Positions 12,539 to 37,127 of a DNA stretch of 64,000 nt are shown piece by piece. This DNA is from Tubiluchus corallicola (lineage: Eukaryota; Animalia; Priapulida). A model generated the notes under the pieces. The model did not search any database, was not told where the DNA came from, and worked only from the letters and a program-made list of their open reading frames with translations. Positions within the stretch are counted from its first letter, which is position 1. Each line of letters opens with the position of its first letter. Location of the stretch: NCBI GenBank assembly GCA_030141605.1, contig JAQGDQ010000175.1, positions 248,001-312,000 of the forward strand, in the 5' to 3' direction. The position numbers and the translations under genes are program-made.

Positions 12539-14462
12539 AGGAAGGAGGAGGCTGCATTTCAACACCAAATTGTTCAGTCATAGTTATGAGGTGCACATAA
12601 CAACCAGAATCAAAACTGAACTTCACAACTAATAATGCTACTCAAAGTCCATAGAAAACATTGATATAGAGTCCCTCTCACTTCCTGATAGCAAAGAAAG
12701 TTAAGCTAGCTGTAATTTAGATGAGTTCACACATGTACTGTTGAATGACAAAATTTGACTGCCATTCATACACGAAAGTACAACAGCTAGGGTTAAGCTG
12801 TTACCACTGAAAAATAATGATTGTCTTAGACTCAGAAAACATGGAAGTGACAAAGTCACACAGAAACTATCTGCACTAGGTTAGGTTGATAGTCAGTAGA
12901 ATGATACTAAACAGTTCACAGTTTCACATCTAAATGCGGACTGATACTAAACAGTAAAGATGTAAGTGCCAACTTAGGTGTAGTGTGTATGTCGGTTTTG
13001 TAACAGTTATTCTCAATACATTAATGACACAATTATTATACTAGGGAAGCGTATGGTTCAGCTAAAATGATTTGTACTTCAGACAGTCGTAGAGCACATA
13101 TTCGGGCTGCAAATTTTCTGATACTAGTAATTCGGTAGAAGCATTATACGGTAAACAAGATTCATTAGCTAATGAAATGTAAATAAGTATTAATTGGCAC
13201 AAGCTAATTTACTTATTGCAGGTGAAAAATACATTCCATGCAAAACCTTTGCAGTACATTGTAAAAATTCCAGTTGATATAATTCATAAATTATCATGTG
13301 TGTAGTACCATGTTTTACATGCATCCTTTTATATAAAACAATGCAAACAAAGGTGCATTCTTTCCACTGTTTATTACAAAAAGTTTTTTTACAAATTCTA
13401 GTTACAAATGATTAATACAGTCTAATAGTAAACCAAGAAATAAAACTACAAAGCATTTAAAGTAGGCTATGAACAGATTTTGCTCAAAATCTAAATTATT
13501 TTAGAAATAATATCTGAGCTAGTACATCTTTGTCGCATACTATTTACTTGATATTTTGCCATTAATTAGTTCCTTGGATGAGAATAATAGGAAAATGTGT
13601 TTGAAAAGCTTAGTTTTGTTAGTAATCTGTAATGACAGTCATACAACTGATGATTCTAGGTCAAAATATGTACATTATCTTCTAGATACATACAACACTA
13701 CACAAACTGAGCTTTCTGTAATGAGATAAATACATTTAGAGTAAAATTAATCCATAAACCTGCTAACAATATTTTGTTTCTTTAACAAAATACTAATTGT
13801 CTGCTTTTTCTATAAAAAATTAATGATTAATTTCTTCAGGCGAGAATTGAATTATAGGTCACAATTAGCAACAATTAGTAAAAAATCACAAGCTCACAAT
13901 TTAGTGGCAGCTCTTTCACTCACTTTGCCTTTTTTTGCTGTGTCATATTACTTGAATCAAAACAGGATGTATAATAACATATCAATGCAATTTATTTGGT
14001 ACATGTCAGCTGTATGTCCAGACATCTATGTTATAAATCAAACTGATCAAAAAAGGTACATAGTCAACCCCAATAAGAAGAAGATAAAAAGATACAACCC
14101 ACTAAAAGGAATAACAACAGAACCTATCATAAAGAATTACAAAGAAAAAAAACAGTTATGTCCCCAACTTCATTTCTTATGGTGGGTGTAATCAATTCTT
14201 TGCTAAGTAATCGAATACTATAGGATTACTTTTGGGTCTTAACTTTATAATAAATGAAAAGTGCGTTTCAAATAATTTTAACATGAAAAAATAGCTAACA
14301 TAAACACTAAACACTCTGAAACACAAAGTTCGCTTACTTCCACCTTCAAATAGTGACTGATTAGCAGTGACTCTATTGGTTGCAGCTAAAATTAAGCTTG
14401 ATCTGCTGCAGTGCTGGGAAAAAAGGCAATTAGCAGTTCTACTCTATCCTCTTTTACACGAA

Positions 14463-15072
14463 CTAGCCTGTCACCGTCCGTGGGCGGCCTGGCCGCTAAT
14501 AAACAAACAAGTATGATGAAGTGTGACCCAGCAGTTTTTAATCAAATCACATTTTTATAGAACACTTTTCTAAAAATTCTCTTGCACATGCAATTAAGCA
14601 TTTTAATGTAGATAATTCAGCACTTTGTGGCAACTTAATTTCAGGAAACTTTGCAAAACAGTCTCACTCCAGTATTGTTTGATTATAAAACGGAGAGAAC
14701 TAACAATGCTCCCGGATTTGATATCAATTGAAAAAGTGCTTTTTAATCTATAAGAACATGAGCATTTTCCTATAAAAATTTTATGAAATAATTTATAACA
14801 CATGCTTGAATCGTACATGATTTACACTGGACTTAATTTTTTATCTAAACTTTTATTATACCTTTCAACGCAATGAATGAAAAGTAAATAATTATAAAGA
14901 TGAATGGGTTTAAAGTTAGTTTAAAGATACTATTTCTCATACTAAATGAAGCCTAACTAAAGTATAAATGACCGAAACATGGGCCTATAGAGCAACACTG
15001 CAATGTCATTAGAGACTTACAGCGTTTATTTGTTGCATTTCTTGGTGCCCGGGAAGCACACATCCGTATAGA
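14463..15072 (-). mobile_element. Probable non-autonomous Helitron
   Basis: On the minus strand it begins TC (A|TCTATAC at 15072) and ends with a GC-rich hairpin (CCGTCCGTGGGCGG on +, 14474-14487) a few bases before CTAG|T. It sits between A and T with no TSD. Confidence 0.45.
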
Positions 15073-15229
15073 TAGCCCCACCAGGATCTGATGCCCACGT
15101 GCAATCTTAGTAATCGGTTACTGCCAAAAAGTAATTGGTATTCACGATTACTTGAACTCAGCGGTATTGCCCACCTCTAGTGGTTGATAGCAGGGAATAG
15201 TACTATTTCACTGGTTAATGACTACGTAC

Positions 15230-15350
15230 CGTTCTGTTTTATTGATTTTAGGTTGAATTGGCTGAAGATGGCTGCTAGGACAGCCAAAACATGGGCAAAT
15301 ATTTTGCATTATTATATTTATAACCTCGTTGGTGTGTTGAACTGACTTCG
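15230..15350 (+). mobile_element. Penelope-like terminal remnant with a degenerate hammerhead-ribozyme core
   Basis: CTGAAGA-T-GGCTG(CTAGGA)CAGCC-AAAAC at 15262-15290: CUGANGA core, stem II, and AAAA in place of GAAA. Confidence 0.4.
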
Positions 15351-16162
15351 ATTCCAGTCTAATAAGAGTATACTGCATGTAAATGACAATTGAAAACAGT
15401 AATAATTAAGCAACTAGCAAGCATTGTAAAGGATACGACAACTGAAATGACAATAACTTTTGCAAGCCTGTTTTCCTACCGATAGTTGACAAAGTTGTTC
15501 TTTTTCACTAGTCTAATCAGAAAATATCAATAATATGTACAATTGAACATAACCGCACTAAAGACAGACATTGCTGAAAATTCTAGTTATGTCCCCAACT
15601 ATAAATGTTATACAAAGAACTACGAGTAAGACTATGGTTACAAATACAAGTATTTTCATAATTTTGTTACGTATTTAAATGTATGCTTTGTGCCTGTTTA
15701 TTAATAAAATGAATTTTCTTTGGATACAAGTATGTACAGTGGCTTACCATAGCTGTGCTAGCTATGATCTAGCTACTATCAAATACACAGCAAAAATATT
15801 TGAGGGAAAAATAAAAAAATCATTTGTGCTGTTCTTTTATTATACATTTTGGAGTTTCCATTTAATAAACTGTACAAGGAAAAAACTAAGCATTTTTTGA
15901 AAAAAAGCCACAATGTATTCTAGCATCATAGGAGGATACTATGAATAATTTGCTTTGATTTTCCGAAAATCAACACAGTGAACTTTGATTTAGCGAGATT
16001 TGTACAAGTGTGGTTGTAATTTACATTTGACTTGCATGGTTTTCAATTAGTATTACTCAGCAGTTTTATATGAAGGTAAATGCTCAAGTCCACAATGCTA
16101 AATAACGTTCAGCAGTTTAATGCAGTGACTTCAATATGTTAAATTCTTGTCAATATGGTGTC

Positions 16163-28918
<12,756 letters not shown>

Positions 28919-29390
28919 TTCAGTAACCGAAATTAACTCTACAAAAAACACAAGTAGTTCTGCATGTTTTAACTTGTGCAAAATAATTATTAGACAAAGG
29001 ATTGTGTCTTGCTACTATGAAGGAAAAATATGCTGTAATCTCGCATTCCAAATAATGGTATAGGTGGAGAGAACTGTCTGCCAAAAATAATGGTATAGTG
29101 TGGAATAAAAGTATATGCTGCTAATTTGATGAAATACTAACATTTCACAAAATGGCTTGCAGCTAATTTTAAATACTAAAAATATGAAATAAAATCTGTA
29201 TGGCAAAGAGTAAATACTTTAAACGCGCAATATAACAGCTACTCATTAGTCTAGCAAGCCATTATTATCATAATCAGTGAATCCAACATAATAAATGCAA
29301 TTTTTCAATAGATCTATAGATGTTAAGTATTTTTACAAACATTTTCGATGTATCATTTTATTGCATTCTGATATGCAAATAAAGACTATT

Positions 29391-29468
29391 ACATACACAC
29401 ACGCACGCACGCACGCACACACACACACACTCACACACACACACACACACATATATCTGTGTGTGTGT

Positions 29469-29500
<32 letters not shown>

Positions 29501-29520
29501 AGGTGCGTGCGTGCGAGTGC
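29391..29520. repeat. Inverted compound microsatellite (GCAC)n(CA)n-ATATATCT-(GT)n(GTGC)n
   Basis: Read directly. The interruption CTC in the left arm is mirrored by GAG in the right arm. Confidence 0.9.
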
Positions 29521-29829
29521 AACTTCAAGCTTCAGTTTTTGAAACCTGTGAGTTTCTCAATTCAATAAAAGACTTAGTTACGTAGGAAACTATTACTTGT
29601 GTTCAACTAACTGTAAAATGAACATTAGCATTAACAACATAAATGCTAATGGTTTAGTCAATTCAACACACCGGCGTACTACCGTTTTCTTGGAGGAGTG
29701 AGTCAATCGTTTATTGCAAGCCATAGCTGCAAACAACTATAGTACTCTACGTCAAATTAGTTTAGAAAGTATAAACAATGTTATTTCTTTGCTTACGGAA
29801 GTTCTTGTACAGTCTGCTTCAGAAAATGG

Positions 29830-30450
29830 TACACGTAATGCAACCACTGATTCTCAGTGACACAGTTCTTCCTGTAGTGGATACTTGCTGAGAAATGGAA
29901 ATGAAAAAGAACAATGAAGGTCAATTAATTAGACTAGTGAAGTTAAACCCATCAAGAACCAAACGAATATGCCAAGTGATATTCGTTTTGCAGTATATTT
30001 TCACTCTCTGTTGACAACTAACGCATTTGATAACAGTGCTTGTGACTTTAGTAGTTGCCCATGCTTGGACGATCCATTCACTGTGCAAGAGGTTCGCGAG
30101 GTTATTACAAAACTGAATAGAATAAAAGTAGCAGCTGTGACAGCATTCCACTTGGTCTTGTAAAACTAGTTCCAGATAGTCTTCTTTCAGGGATCCATCT
30201 ATTGTTTAATGCTATCTTCTGCAGTGGCTTATACCCTTTGGATTGGGCACTGACACGACTAGTAACAATACACAAAAAGGATAACAGGTCTTTGTGCACC
30301 AGCTGCAGAGGTATCAGTGTTTTGAACTTGTTACCAAAAGAATATGATTATGTGCTAAGCAAAGTTCAATCCTGATCCACAGCAAGCTGGAGCAAACTCG
30401 TTTTTGTGGGTGCGAAGAGCACATAGTCGCTTTAAGATTGCTAATTGCTA
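29830..30450 (+). mobile_element. Degraded LINE ORF2 fragment (start of the RT domain)
   Basis: LDDPFTVQEVREVI..KL followed by YPLDWALTRLVTIHKKDNRSLC..CRGISVLNLLPK, with frameshifts. Confidence 0.65.
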
Positions 30451-32300
30451 AGATTTATAAGTGTTCTAATATTATCAAGTAATAAGTTTTTAACTACCCT
30501 AACTTGCAGTTTTTGAAATTAGTTGTAACTGTTGTGATTGGACTGTCACCAGCCAATAAATAAATAAATAAATATACATATAATATAGACTAATATACAA
30601 TTTTCTTTATCAGGTTTGATGCGTAGGTGTATGCTTCGCTCGTTCTTTTCTTTATAATAGAGTAGATTTGGTGCAAACCTGTAATGAACTAGATGACATG
30701 AATTGGGAAAACTTACTCATGAACTGTCAAATAGGGGGTGTATACAATGATTTTATATCCACATTGTGTGAAATATCAAATGCACATTTATCTACTGCAA
30801 AGTTTCACACTAAACGGAAGACAGTTAACAAAGAATGGGTAAACACAGTGCAATTAAGAACTTTTCTTCAACAACTTGGGAGTAATATAACGGAGAAAAT
30901 CGACAGATTAAACACAAAAGAATACATCAATCATGCAAAAGTGAGGAACCAAAGGAAATATGATGTACATAAAGGCAAGCAACAGTATAAACATTCTATA
31001 GCACAAAATATAGGACGGACAGGTAACTAGTATTACCTTCACACACGCGAACTTTACACTGCTTAAAAAGTTGCTAGTGTCCGCAATCAAAACATGAACA
31101 ATGACACACAAAAAGGTAAATTACCACTCAATTATTAACATCCATCTAATGAAAAAGCCGCCATGCTCCCATGTGTTAAACTTCAAACGTTTTTATGTTA
31201 CAAATCTCAGACATTAAACGCACCGGAAAATTATCGTGGGCTAGTACTTTGGTACTATGGTATCTACAGTAGTAGTAGCAGACTAGCAGGTCTGACCATA
31301 GCACACCACTCGCGACGGTAGTGTAACAAACTTATAATAACTGTATGAAAAACAACGTATCACAGTATCACTTTTCTAATGAGCGCCTTCATTGGCCTAT
31401 AACAGAAACAGCAATGCTAGCTGCATCATGAACAACACAACAGACGCTTCAGTTCTTCAATGATCTCCTCTTCTCCAAAAACCATCCCTTTTGCTCTCTC
31501 TGCAAATGGGGTGAGAGAGAAGTTACGTTAGGTGCTTCAGCGATCTCTAAAATGCAACAGCAACAATACCAACAACAACAACCTCAATGACTCTTTTTTT
31601 ATCTGGGAGAGCTAGAATCGCGAATCTAGGACCCACATCTTGATTTATATTCAGCATAATTGTGTTTTCATTATGTTACGCATCCAGTTTTCGATTCTTA
31701 TTAACTCGCAAGTGCAGAGGGCTAGAGTCACGAAACTTACAGCCTAGATACCTAGTAGATTGAAAATGGTAAGATAAGACATAGTTTATTCTTTAAAGGA
31801 GAACATGTTCAACGATTTTTCATATCCTACCTATATATAATTTTTCATATAATGCTCAAACACTATCTACAACTCTTGCTACTTAATTAAAATCTAATAC
31901 TATTTCGCATGTAATAGACACCACACTGCAAAGTATTCTCTATTAAATCTGGGCTTCATGCAACTTAAACTCTCCAGATCTTAACAACTTAATGCTCAAA
32001 ACCTTTCCTCCATCTTCACAGCTCTGTGCCCAGTTCGCAACTCTCCAGGTCTTAATAGCCCGGTGCCTAGAACACAACTCTCAACGTCAGAGCGCAACTC
32101 CTCCAGGCATTTCCTCGGCTTTCGTCACGTGATCAATTACTCACATGAGCACTCTGGAATTTTCTACATATTCATCTTAAAGCGTGTCCTGGTCCAGTGG
32201 GCAGCGGCGAGTTATAATCTAAATAATAATTGAACTTCAAATCGTTCAAGCCCTGAATCCTTTAACAATATCTTCCAATAATAACTCTACTATTCTTTAA

Positions 32301-32817
32301 AGGAACACAGGATGATTTTTCATATCCTACCTCATTTTGAAATACGGCAAAAAGTATACATTTTAACATCTATAATAATGCCAAAGCGCTTCTGGTAATT
32401 AACTAATAAGTTAAACACTTAATTAACGGCATGCGAGCCAACTAGTGATGACATCACAACTGAGCATAATTTTCAACAGCATAAATACCCGAGGAGAGTG
32501 AGAAAGTGAAAATAAAAGTATACAGTGCTACTGTATACCATTCAGCATGACACACAAAACCTGGCAAATTCAAGTCTGAAATTTACAGCTGTGCTCACTA
32601 ATGAGATCTCGAACGTGTCCATTACCTCACAACTCGAACACCTCTGAACTGAGAGATACATTCCTGTTATTTTTCAAGATGTAGATGCTAGCTAATGCCC
32701 ATCTAATTAGCAAATGGCGAAATACATGTAACAGTGAAGAACTGCGAATGCGAAATTACATTTCTGTGGTAATAATTCTTTCAGGTAAGCCAACCTTAAA
32801 AATACTAGTATGTTCCC
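32301..32817. mobile_element. Kolobok-like MITE with TTAA target duplication
   Basis: TTAA|AGGAACACAG ... GTATGTTCCC|TTAA. Internal GCATGCGAGCCAACTAGTGATGACATCACA is shared in reverse with ~58103-58131. Confidence 0.55.
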
Positions 32818-35800
32818 TTAAATATAACCTAAACATTATAACCTACAAAATACTTCAGTAATGTTTTGACCTACGTATGTAGCTTAGGGGTGGGCCTGGA
32901 TATAATAATATGGTCCACGCAAGATTACTAACAATCAAATATAATATTTTTTAAAAACTTCTACAACAAAGTTACGATAAAACCATACAGAACTCTGTAA
33001 CATTTTTAACAGCTACTGCCACAAAGTCGTAATACATAAAACGTTAGAAGGTATTACGAAATGCTAACATTTTAAATTAACGCGGCAGCAGTTGTGAATG
33101 TAAGACTATAATGTTATTTAGATTTTTGACAATTTTTTAATGACATACATGTACAAGAACAATGAAATATAAATTACCATTCAATTAAAATGCCTTTTAT
33201 TATTCTTCAACTAGTAAAATACTAAAGATTGAAACAGTGCTTATTTAATGCAAGGGAGATTAGAGAAAGATTTTTCTTCGAGTGTGTTTTCAATACTGCA
33301 TAGAGTTAACTGACTCTATTATGTATGGTACATAAATATTTTCATGTATCGTTCTGTACGCATTTTAGGAAGAAGAAATTGCATTCCTCTTCTGCCGGTA
33401 GTTCTCGGTGTAGTAGTACATGACAGTTATTTTTGTTAATTTGTTGGGTATTTTAAGCACAATTAAGTGTTCTCTGCGATTGGCACAATGTTTGAGGTCT
33501 ATCCCGATTGTTTTACTTGCTCATTTCCAGACTCTTTCAATATCCTTCTTTCCGACTGTGTTAATTAGGCCAAAATGGAATACCTGGCAATTACATGCAA
33601 GTGTGCTGAGAATTATTTTGTACACAGTACATTTTCTCAAGATGTTGGCTGGCACTTTGTATGATTTCAGTTTGTACAAGGAAAACAGCCATTGATTGCA
33701 CATTCAGATACATGTGTTTTTGTTTGTTGTAATTTGAGACTGCTTTGGTTTGTGACACAAAACAATTATGTAAGGTTTTAGTTAATTTCGATTTATTTTC
33801 ATAGGCATCTACATAATTCTGGGGCAGATGTGTACCTGGGCCTTTAAAAAGCTTGGATTCTTTAAGAGACCGTGAGAGGAGCCAATTTGCTTAACACTGA
33901 ATAACTCTAAAACTACAGAAAGTAGAGCTATGAAATTTGCAGTAAGGACAGCTGTGGTAAATGCTCAGACAATTGTAAAACTGTGATTATATACTTATGT
34001 GCAGGAGTCAAAATGTGAAAATTAGGGCATCCGTTTTAAATTCACGTAAACTCACAAGTACAGAAAGAAAGACACACAAAACGTGTAGGGTAGGTACCAG
34101 GGATAAGGGCTTGAAAGGGTCAAGGATACTGGACATCTGTCAGCTTTTTGATTGCTATTTAACTACAACTAGAGCTTAGAGTTAAATTTATTCTTTTTAA
34201 ATAAGTATTTAGGTAATGTGGGGCAAATGCACAGGCTTTTAAAGGCTGATAGAGATTCTTTAATTGATAGAAAGTAGTCATGAAACTCGCGGGTTAATGG
34301 TCCAGACTGTATAAAAATGAGCCTATTTGTGTGAGACAGAGGCCAACCTGCTAAAATTAGGATATCAACTTTTAATACATGCCTCACTTGCAAACACAGA
34401 GGACTAGACGTATGAAACTTGCAGGATAGACACCTGGAGTAGGGTCACTGAAAACGGTATGGGCAACAGTGACTTCTGTCAAAGAATCAAGGACATTGGA
34501 CATTACGTGTAAACGCAGTTTTCATGACATTACGCTCAAGGATCTGAATTTGAAATCACTCAGTCTCGTTCCAAGTTCATACACGCTGCAATTTTCAACT
34601 AAAGTAGAATAACTGGCACTGTTCTTTGTTGGATTGTGATCGTCTAATTTATTCATTTTGACGTCCACCCATTTTAGAATTATTTTAATTTTACATGTTT
34701 GAAAAAAAATGAATCTTTGTATTTAAAAGGCTTAACGTTACATTTTCAGCTGTTCCTATCTGTATGTGTATGTGTGACCTCTGCAATTATTAATACTGTA
34801 ATCAAATTTATATATTTTTTACTAATGACTTATTTAACATCACTTTCACGCAAACTTTGTAATACAGTCCCCCAGTGGTCCGAACCCATGACAAGGCAAC
34901 TGCCTCGTCATAATGCCAGTTTTCACATTCTAATTTCAAATAATTATATACATGAACACATCGCTTCATATAAACCCCAGTAAATTAGCTAAGAGCTATT
35001 ATATATAAGAGGTGTTATATATATATATATATATATATATGTATAAAACATTATTCTTATATTAGTGTTAATGAATCTTGATTACAAATTTTTTACACAT
35101 ATTAACGTACAACATTTGTCAATGCAAAGAGCAAAAAAAAATTAACAAAAGTATTACAGAGAAAAAACAAAAAAAGTATTAAGTTTAACAATAGGCTTGT
35201 ATGCTGCTTCATGGACTCAAGGCCAATTAAGGGAAATCTAGAACATTTATAGGCTAACTACAGTAACGTGCTGCTTAAATGCCACCTAGCATCATTCTTG
35301 TGGTGGGTTATAGTAATTCTCTTCTTAAAGAATCACACTATGGGAGACTAATATTCATTTTCATAGACTGCATTGGCAATGCAATTGAAATTAAGTTTTT
35401 TTTAAATATAAAAAACAAAATAGTAATAGCAGACGTGCTACATATACAATATGGTAACAAAAGGTTCACATAATTATTTAAAATAACTCTTGATTTTGGC
35501 AAACCATCCTTTACATGGTTTTTGACTGTATGGGGTTTAAAATGCATTTCACATTACACTACTATACATTTTTTGTCAAATTAAAGCCAAAACATCACAC
35601 AATTTGTAGAACAGATGAGCCTCCCTCATTCTATGTGAGTGCATGCACTCACTATACCTTCAGCTGATCAAGAACACAATGCACATTCAGATGTTTTCTC
35701 AGTTTTTGTTGTTAACAGTTATTTTTCTGTAGCGGTCTAAATGCATAATCCCTTTATCACGGAGAACAAGAATCACCTCTACAAGAATTAATGCAAGCAC

Positions 35801-36014
35801 TTTATAGATTGATAAGGAAAATGCCACTAATCCTGCAATCATAATCTGTCACAAAGTTTTTTGGCAGCACTGGAAAAAATACATGGGCAAACTGTGGATC
35901 ACCATACTAGTTTTACTAGGTGTAACTGTAAGACATTATTATGATGTGTTTCACAAACAATGAAGTAAATGAGTAGTTGCACTTCGGCACTGATTTACGC
36001 AAGACCATTTAGGA

Positions 36015-37127
36015 CTACCATTTATTTTCTGCCAATGGAATTTCCTTATATTTTCCACTTTTGACAGATTTCTGATGAATATGTAGTGTCTTATTCCACA
36101 TTTTCAAAATAAAGCTGTTTCTTTGTAAACCATTAAATATATATGGAAGTGGCTTCGTGTTGTTCGAGTCCAATGTCCAAGCACTGATACTTTTGAGATG
36201 GACGTTAAAAGCAAACTCAGGACGATAGGTGCGGCGTATTCCACTTTTATCTGCTAACAAACCAGTGACAAAAAAATCATCTACCCAGAAAAACCTTGAT
36301 TTCTGAGAAATGTTTTCTATAATACAAGCGGTTCTAGGCGTCAGTATGAAACCATAACCAGGGCAATAAGGTGAATAAATACTTGCATTACTCTCACTGG
36401 GTTTCACATACCATTTACTCTTCTCATTTCTATCCACTGGAATATTAAACGACTCAGCACATACTAGCTCAGGTTTAAATGCACGAATTGTTATTAGAAA
36501 CTCAGTCAGCTGGAACACATCAATAAACATATCATCATCTGTTTTTAGTATAAACAGTGCTTGTTTGCACCGCATGTGAGCCCATTTAAATCCCATTAAA
36601 GTTTTATAAGTGAGATTGCGATAACTGTCAATAAAATTACCTTGAACAACATCGCCATGATGCTCACTTTCTTTATGAATTGCACTTTGCATATTAGTTT
36701 TTCCGACGTATACACCAAGAAGAAAAACAACTCTCATGTTAAGTTGCCTGTATGACAGGTTGGTGGCATTTCCCCAGGTTTCTCTGATGCGAGCACGTGT
36801 AGTTAAATGATCTGATTTAGAATTCACTACCACAAGCAGAAAGATATTATCACTGTGGCAAACATCTGCATTCAGAAGAAAAGAGAATGAATGTAAATCA
36901 ACAAGAGTGTCATTTCGATATTGTGCTGTACTGGGCAAGCACAAGACATCATCTGATATATTATTGTTGCTGTGAATCAACTGAACTGATTTATATAAGT
37001 CTGAAAGCACTAAATATCTTCCGTTACCAAGAGCTGTAGATGACAAAAGATGAGACCACATATAAAAAGTTAGTAAACCTGTTTGTAGGACTGCTAGACA
37101 TCTTAGCTGTCTCACAATACTCTTCAT
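36015..37127 (-). CDS. Beta-1,3-galactosyltransferase (GT31/Galactosyl_T family), 370 aa, single coding exon
   Basis: N-terminal signal-anchor followed by RARIRETWG, VVFLLG, DVVQGNFIDSYRNLTYKT, LKTDDDMF (DxD), YSPYCPG and WVDDFFVTG motifs. A splice acceptor lies about 8 nt upstream of the ATG. Confidence 0.92.
   Translation of the reverse strand: MKSIVRQLRCLAVLQTGLLTFYMWSHLLSSTALGNGRYLVLSDLYKSVQLIHSNNNISDDVLCLPSTAQYRNDTLVDLHSFSFLLNADVCHSDNIFLLVVVNSKSDHLTTRARIRETWGNATNLSYRQLNMRVVFLLGVYVGKTNMQSAIHKESEHHGDVVQGNFIDSYRNLTYKTLMGFKWAHMRCKQALFILKTDDDMFIDVFQLTEFLITIRAFKPELVCAESFNIPVDRNEKSKWYVKPSESNASIYSPYCPGYGFILTPRTACIIENISQKSRFFWVDDFFVTGLLADKSGIRRTYRPEFAFNVHLKSISAWTLDSNNTKPLPYIFNGLQRNSFILKMWNKTLHIHQKSVKSGKYKEIPLAENKW

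Noticed and set aside
13823-14191. 122-aa ORF and many other short ORFs in the track
   Set aside because: Low-complexity AT-rich translations without motifs, expected by chance.
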